A stretch of 64,000 bases of DNA from positions 101,875,558-101,939,557 of the forward strand of contig NC_081357.1 of NCBI RefSeq assembly GCF_030684315.1, read 5' to 3'. Both the position numbers and the translations under genes were made by a program. Under the pieces are notes generated by a model that saw nothing but the letters and a program-made list of their open reading frames with translations, ran no database searches and was not told the DNA's origin. This DNA is from Stegostoma tigrinum (lineage: Eukaryota). This document shows positions 60,920 through 64,000 of the stretch, piece after piece. The stretch's first letter is position 1; every line of letters begins with the position of its first letter.

Positions 60920-61799
60920 CACAGCCACTTTGTGTCATGCCTGGCAAGGCCTTTCTGCCACTCAAAGCTGAAAGGAGCTGGCATGGATTCTATCTCTGCC
61001 TGATATGGAAGTGTATACATTGTGAGGTTGAACAGTGTCTCCAGACGTTCCCGGTCTGTCATTTTTGTTTTTACTGTTAGATGCTTTTGTTGAATATGCA
61101 TTCAAATGCACGAGAGACCATCAGTTATTAGTGCTATTTAAAGGAATTATTATGGGGCTTGCAGTTGAGGTGTTTATGACTTGACTTTGCACTTCATGGA
61201 TTTACACAGGAAGGGTGGTGAACTTTTTCTTTCCCTTGAGTTTAAATACCTTCCCAAGTTTCTTCACAGTATCACATTTTACAATTAACACTTAGCCATG
61301 ACAACGTAACTCATTTCATCACTTTGCACTCCAACCCTACATCAAGTCTTTCTGGTTTGAGGCATTAAGCTCCAACAGCTCTCTGGTACAATGTGTTGGT
61401 TACGTGTATTCTCTAACTTTTTCCATAGAAAACAAACATACAAGTGCAGTAGAAGAACAGCTTCTGACAATGACTGGTTTTTGGGATGTGACACTTATGA
61501 AGACTTGAATATAACATTACTTAAGACCAATCCAAGAAATACTGATCCAAACAGAACACTCTGTTTTGAATGATACAGCCTTTGGGTAGCTTGACAATGC
61601 TTGGGAAAGCCAAACAGAAATAGAAACTTTTTCAGGCACTTAGGGACACCACCCAAACAGGCTTTAGCCCCTTTTCAAGTACTAATATGGGACCTCATGC
61701 CTGTGGCAAAGACCCTTACTGGAAATTCGGTTTCCCTGAATGAATGATGCCATTGTCTTTTTTAAGTATGTAGCTTGGGCTTCTCCAGTAACTGCCACA

Positions 61800-62141
61800 G
61801 TTACAATCCCTACAGTGTGGAAGCAGGCCATTTCGTCCATCAGTCTACACCTACCCTCCAAAGAGCTTCCCACAAACACGCTACCCTATAGCCCCACATT
61901 TCCTATGGCTAACCCACTTAGCCTACACATCCCCAAAAACTACGGGCAATTTAGCATGGCCAATCCACCTAACCTGCACATATTTGGACATTGGGAGGGA
62001 ATGGATCACCGGGAGGAAAACCACACAGACGTGGGGAGAGCACGCAAACTCCACACAGATGGTCACCCGGGGCTGGAGTCGAACCTGGGCCACTGACACT
62101 GTGATGCAGCAGTGCTAACCACTGAGCCTCTGTGCCACCCC
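61800..62141 (-). mobile_element. HE1-type V-SINE
   Basis: GGGCAATTTAGCATGGCCAATCCACCTAACCTGCAC...GCAAACTCCACACAGA...GAGTCGAACCTGGG...GTGCTAACCACTGAG. Confidence 0.88.
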
Positions 62142-62479
62142 ATTGAAATAGATAAATTTTTTCAAATGTCATTGGAGCTGAAAGAACAAAAATATTTCTG
62201 CCACTGGCAGGTACATTATGGTGGTTGTCAGCTCGCCTCTTGTGATGGTGTCCTGAAATTGGACATTGCTGTCAGTCAAACTATCTCTGGAGATAACCAG
62301 TCACACTTAGTCAATGCTGTGTGTCTATGTCGACAGGTTGGCAACATGCAATTTCTACCTTAAGGTATTGTCCAAGTGATGCCCAGAAATTAACAAGGTA
62401 GGAAATGGGTTCACCAGTTTTTGTGTATAAAGCATTGAGTTCCTACCACCCAGGAAGTTACATGGAGTGACATAGCATG

Positions 62480-63886
62480 TGGGCCCCTTGCTGAGATATT
62501 TGTATCATTGATAGCTGCAGCTGAGGTGCTGCAAGACTGAAGGTTGTCTAAAGTTGTGCCGCTATTTAAGAAAGGTGGTAAAGAAAAGCCAGGGTGAGCC
62601 TGACATGAGTGATGGGCAAGTTGTTGGAAGGGTTCCTGAGGGATAGGATTTATATATGTTCAGAAAGGCAAGGACTGATTAGGGATAGTCATCATGGCTT
62701 TGTGCATGGGAAATTGTGTCTCACTAACTTGATTGAGTTTCTGGAAGAAGGAATGAAAATGATTGATGAAGGCAGGCCTGTGATAAGGTTCCGCATGGTA
62801 TACTGGTTAACGAGGTTAAATCACATTCAGTACAGGGAGAACTAACCATTTGAATACAGAACTGGCTCGAAGATAGGAGACAGCAAATGGCAGTGGAAGG
62901 TTGTTTCTCAGACTGGAGGCTTGCGACCAGTCGTGTGCCACAAGGATTGGTGCTGAGTCCACTGTCTTTCATCATACATATAAATGATTTGGATGTGAAC
63001 ATAGGAAGTATGGTTAGTAAGTTTGCAGATGACACCAAAATTGGAGGTGTAGTGGACAGCAAGGAAGGTTGCCTCAGAGTGCGACAGGACCTTGATCAGA
63101 TGGGCCAATGAGCCAAGGATTGGCAGATGGAGTTTAATTTAGATAAATGTGAGGTACTACATTTTGGAAAAGCAAATCAGGGCAGGATTTATACACTTAA
63201 TGGTAAAGTCCTGAGGAGTGCTGCTGTACAAAGAGACCAGGGAGTGCAGGTTCATTGTTTCTTGAAAGTGGAGTTACATGGAGGAAGGGATTTGGTATGT
63301 TTGTTTTTATTGAGTATAGGTTTTGGTTGTCATGTTGTGGCCAAACAGGACATTGGTGAGGCCACTTTTGGAATACTGCATTCAGTTCTGGTCTCCCAGC
63401 TATAAGAAAGATTCTGTGAAACTTGAAAGGGATCAGAAAAGATTTGCAGGAAAGCTGTCAGGTTTGGACGGTTTGAGCTATAGAGAGAGGTTAGATACTT
63501 TGGGGCTATTTTCCCTGAAGCATCAGAGGCCGAGGGGTGACCCTATAAAATCATGACGGGCTTAGATAGGTGGGGGCATCCAGAACTAGAGGGCATAAGT
63601 TTAAGTTGGCAGGGGAAAGAATTAAAAGGGACCTAAGGGGCAACTTTTTCACACAGAGGGTGGTACATGTATGGAATGAGCTGCGAGGAGGAAGTGGTGA
63701 AGATTGTTACAATTACAACATTTGAAAGGCGCCTGGATGGGTATATGAATAAGAAGGGTTTAGAGGGATATGGGCCAAATTCTGGCAAATAGGATTAGAT
63801 TAATTTATAATATCTGGTTGGCATGGATGAGTTGGACTCAGGGGCTTGTTTCCATGCTGTTCAATTCTAAGACTCTATGACTCTAT
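62480..63886 (+). mobile_element. CR1/HER1 LINE RT and 3' end (decayed)
   Basis: HGFVHGKLCLTNLIEF, VPQGLVLSPL, SKFADDTKIGG, MEFNLDKCEVLHFG, LVRPLLEYCIQFWSP; tail (GACTCTAT)n. Confidence 0.93.
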
Positions 63887-64000
63887 GTGGAGGTGGAAGA
63901 TCAAAGTTTATATTCATCCTTACAGGAAGTCCATGAGAAATAATGTTTTCAATCACTTTGTCTAGCCTTATGAGGTCTTTAAAACTGTTCTTGTACTTCA

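Overview
Eukaryotic, repeat-rich, apparently non-genic (intronic or intergenic) DNA, most likely from an elasmobranch (shark). The inference rests on HE1-type V-SINEs, HER1/CR1 LINEs and a Deu-type SINE. I found no host protein-coding exon I can support; every ORF with recognisable homology is a decayed retroelement. Recognised elements: Penelope-like elements (PLEs, RT + GIY-YIG, Neptune-like and Poseidon-like), CR1/HER1, a second CR1/L2-group LINE with a partner SINE, Rex1/Babar, RTE, a very old Gypsy-like relic and a probable pogo-type relic. The most striking structure is about 20 short (100-250 bp) units derived from PLE 3' ends, in about five sequence families. They carry a minimal hammerhead ribozyme core (CUGANGA-stem II-GAAA-palindromic stem III) with compensatory changes between families. 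Many are independent, TSD-flanked fold-back insertions with the ribozyme motif on both strands. Also present: a near-perfect 152-bp inverted repeat, a 42-bp templated duplication at a TE junction, small tandem duplications, and a (TG)n tract with a 146-N gap. Family names come from recalled motifs, not from database searches.
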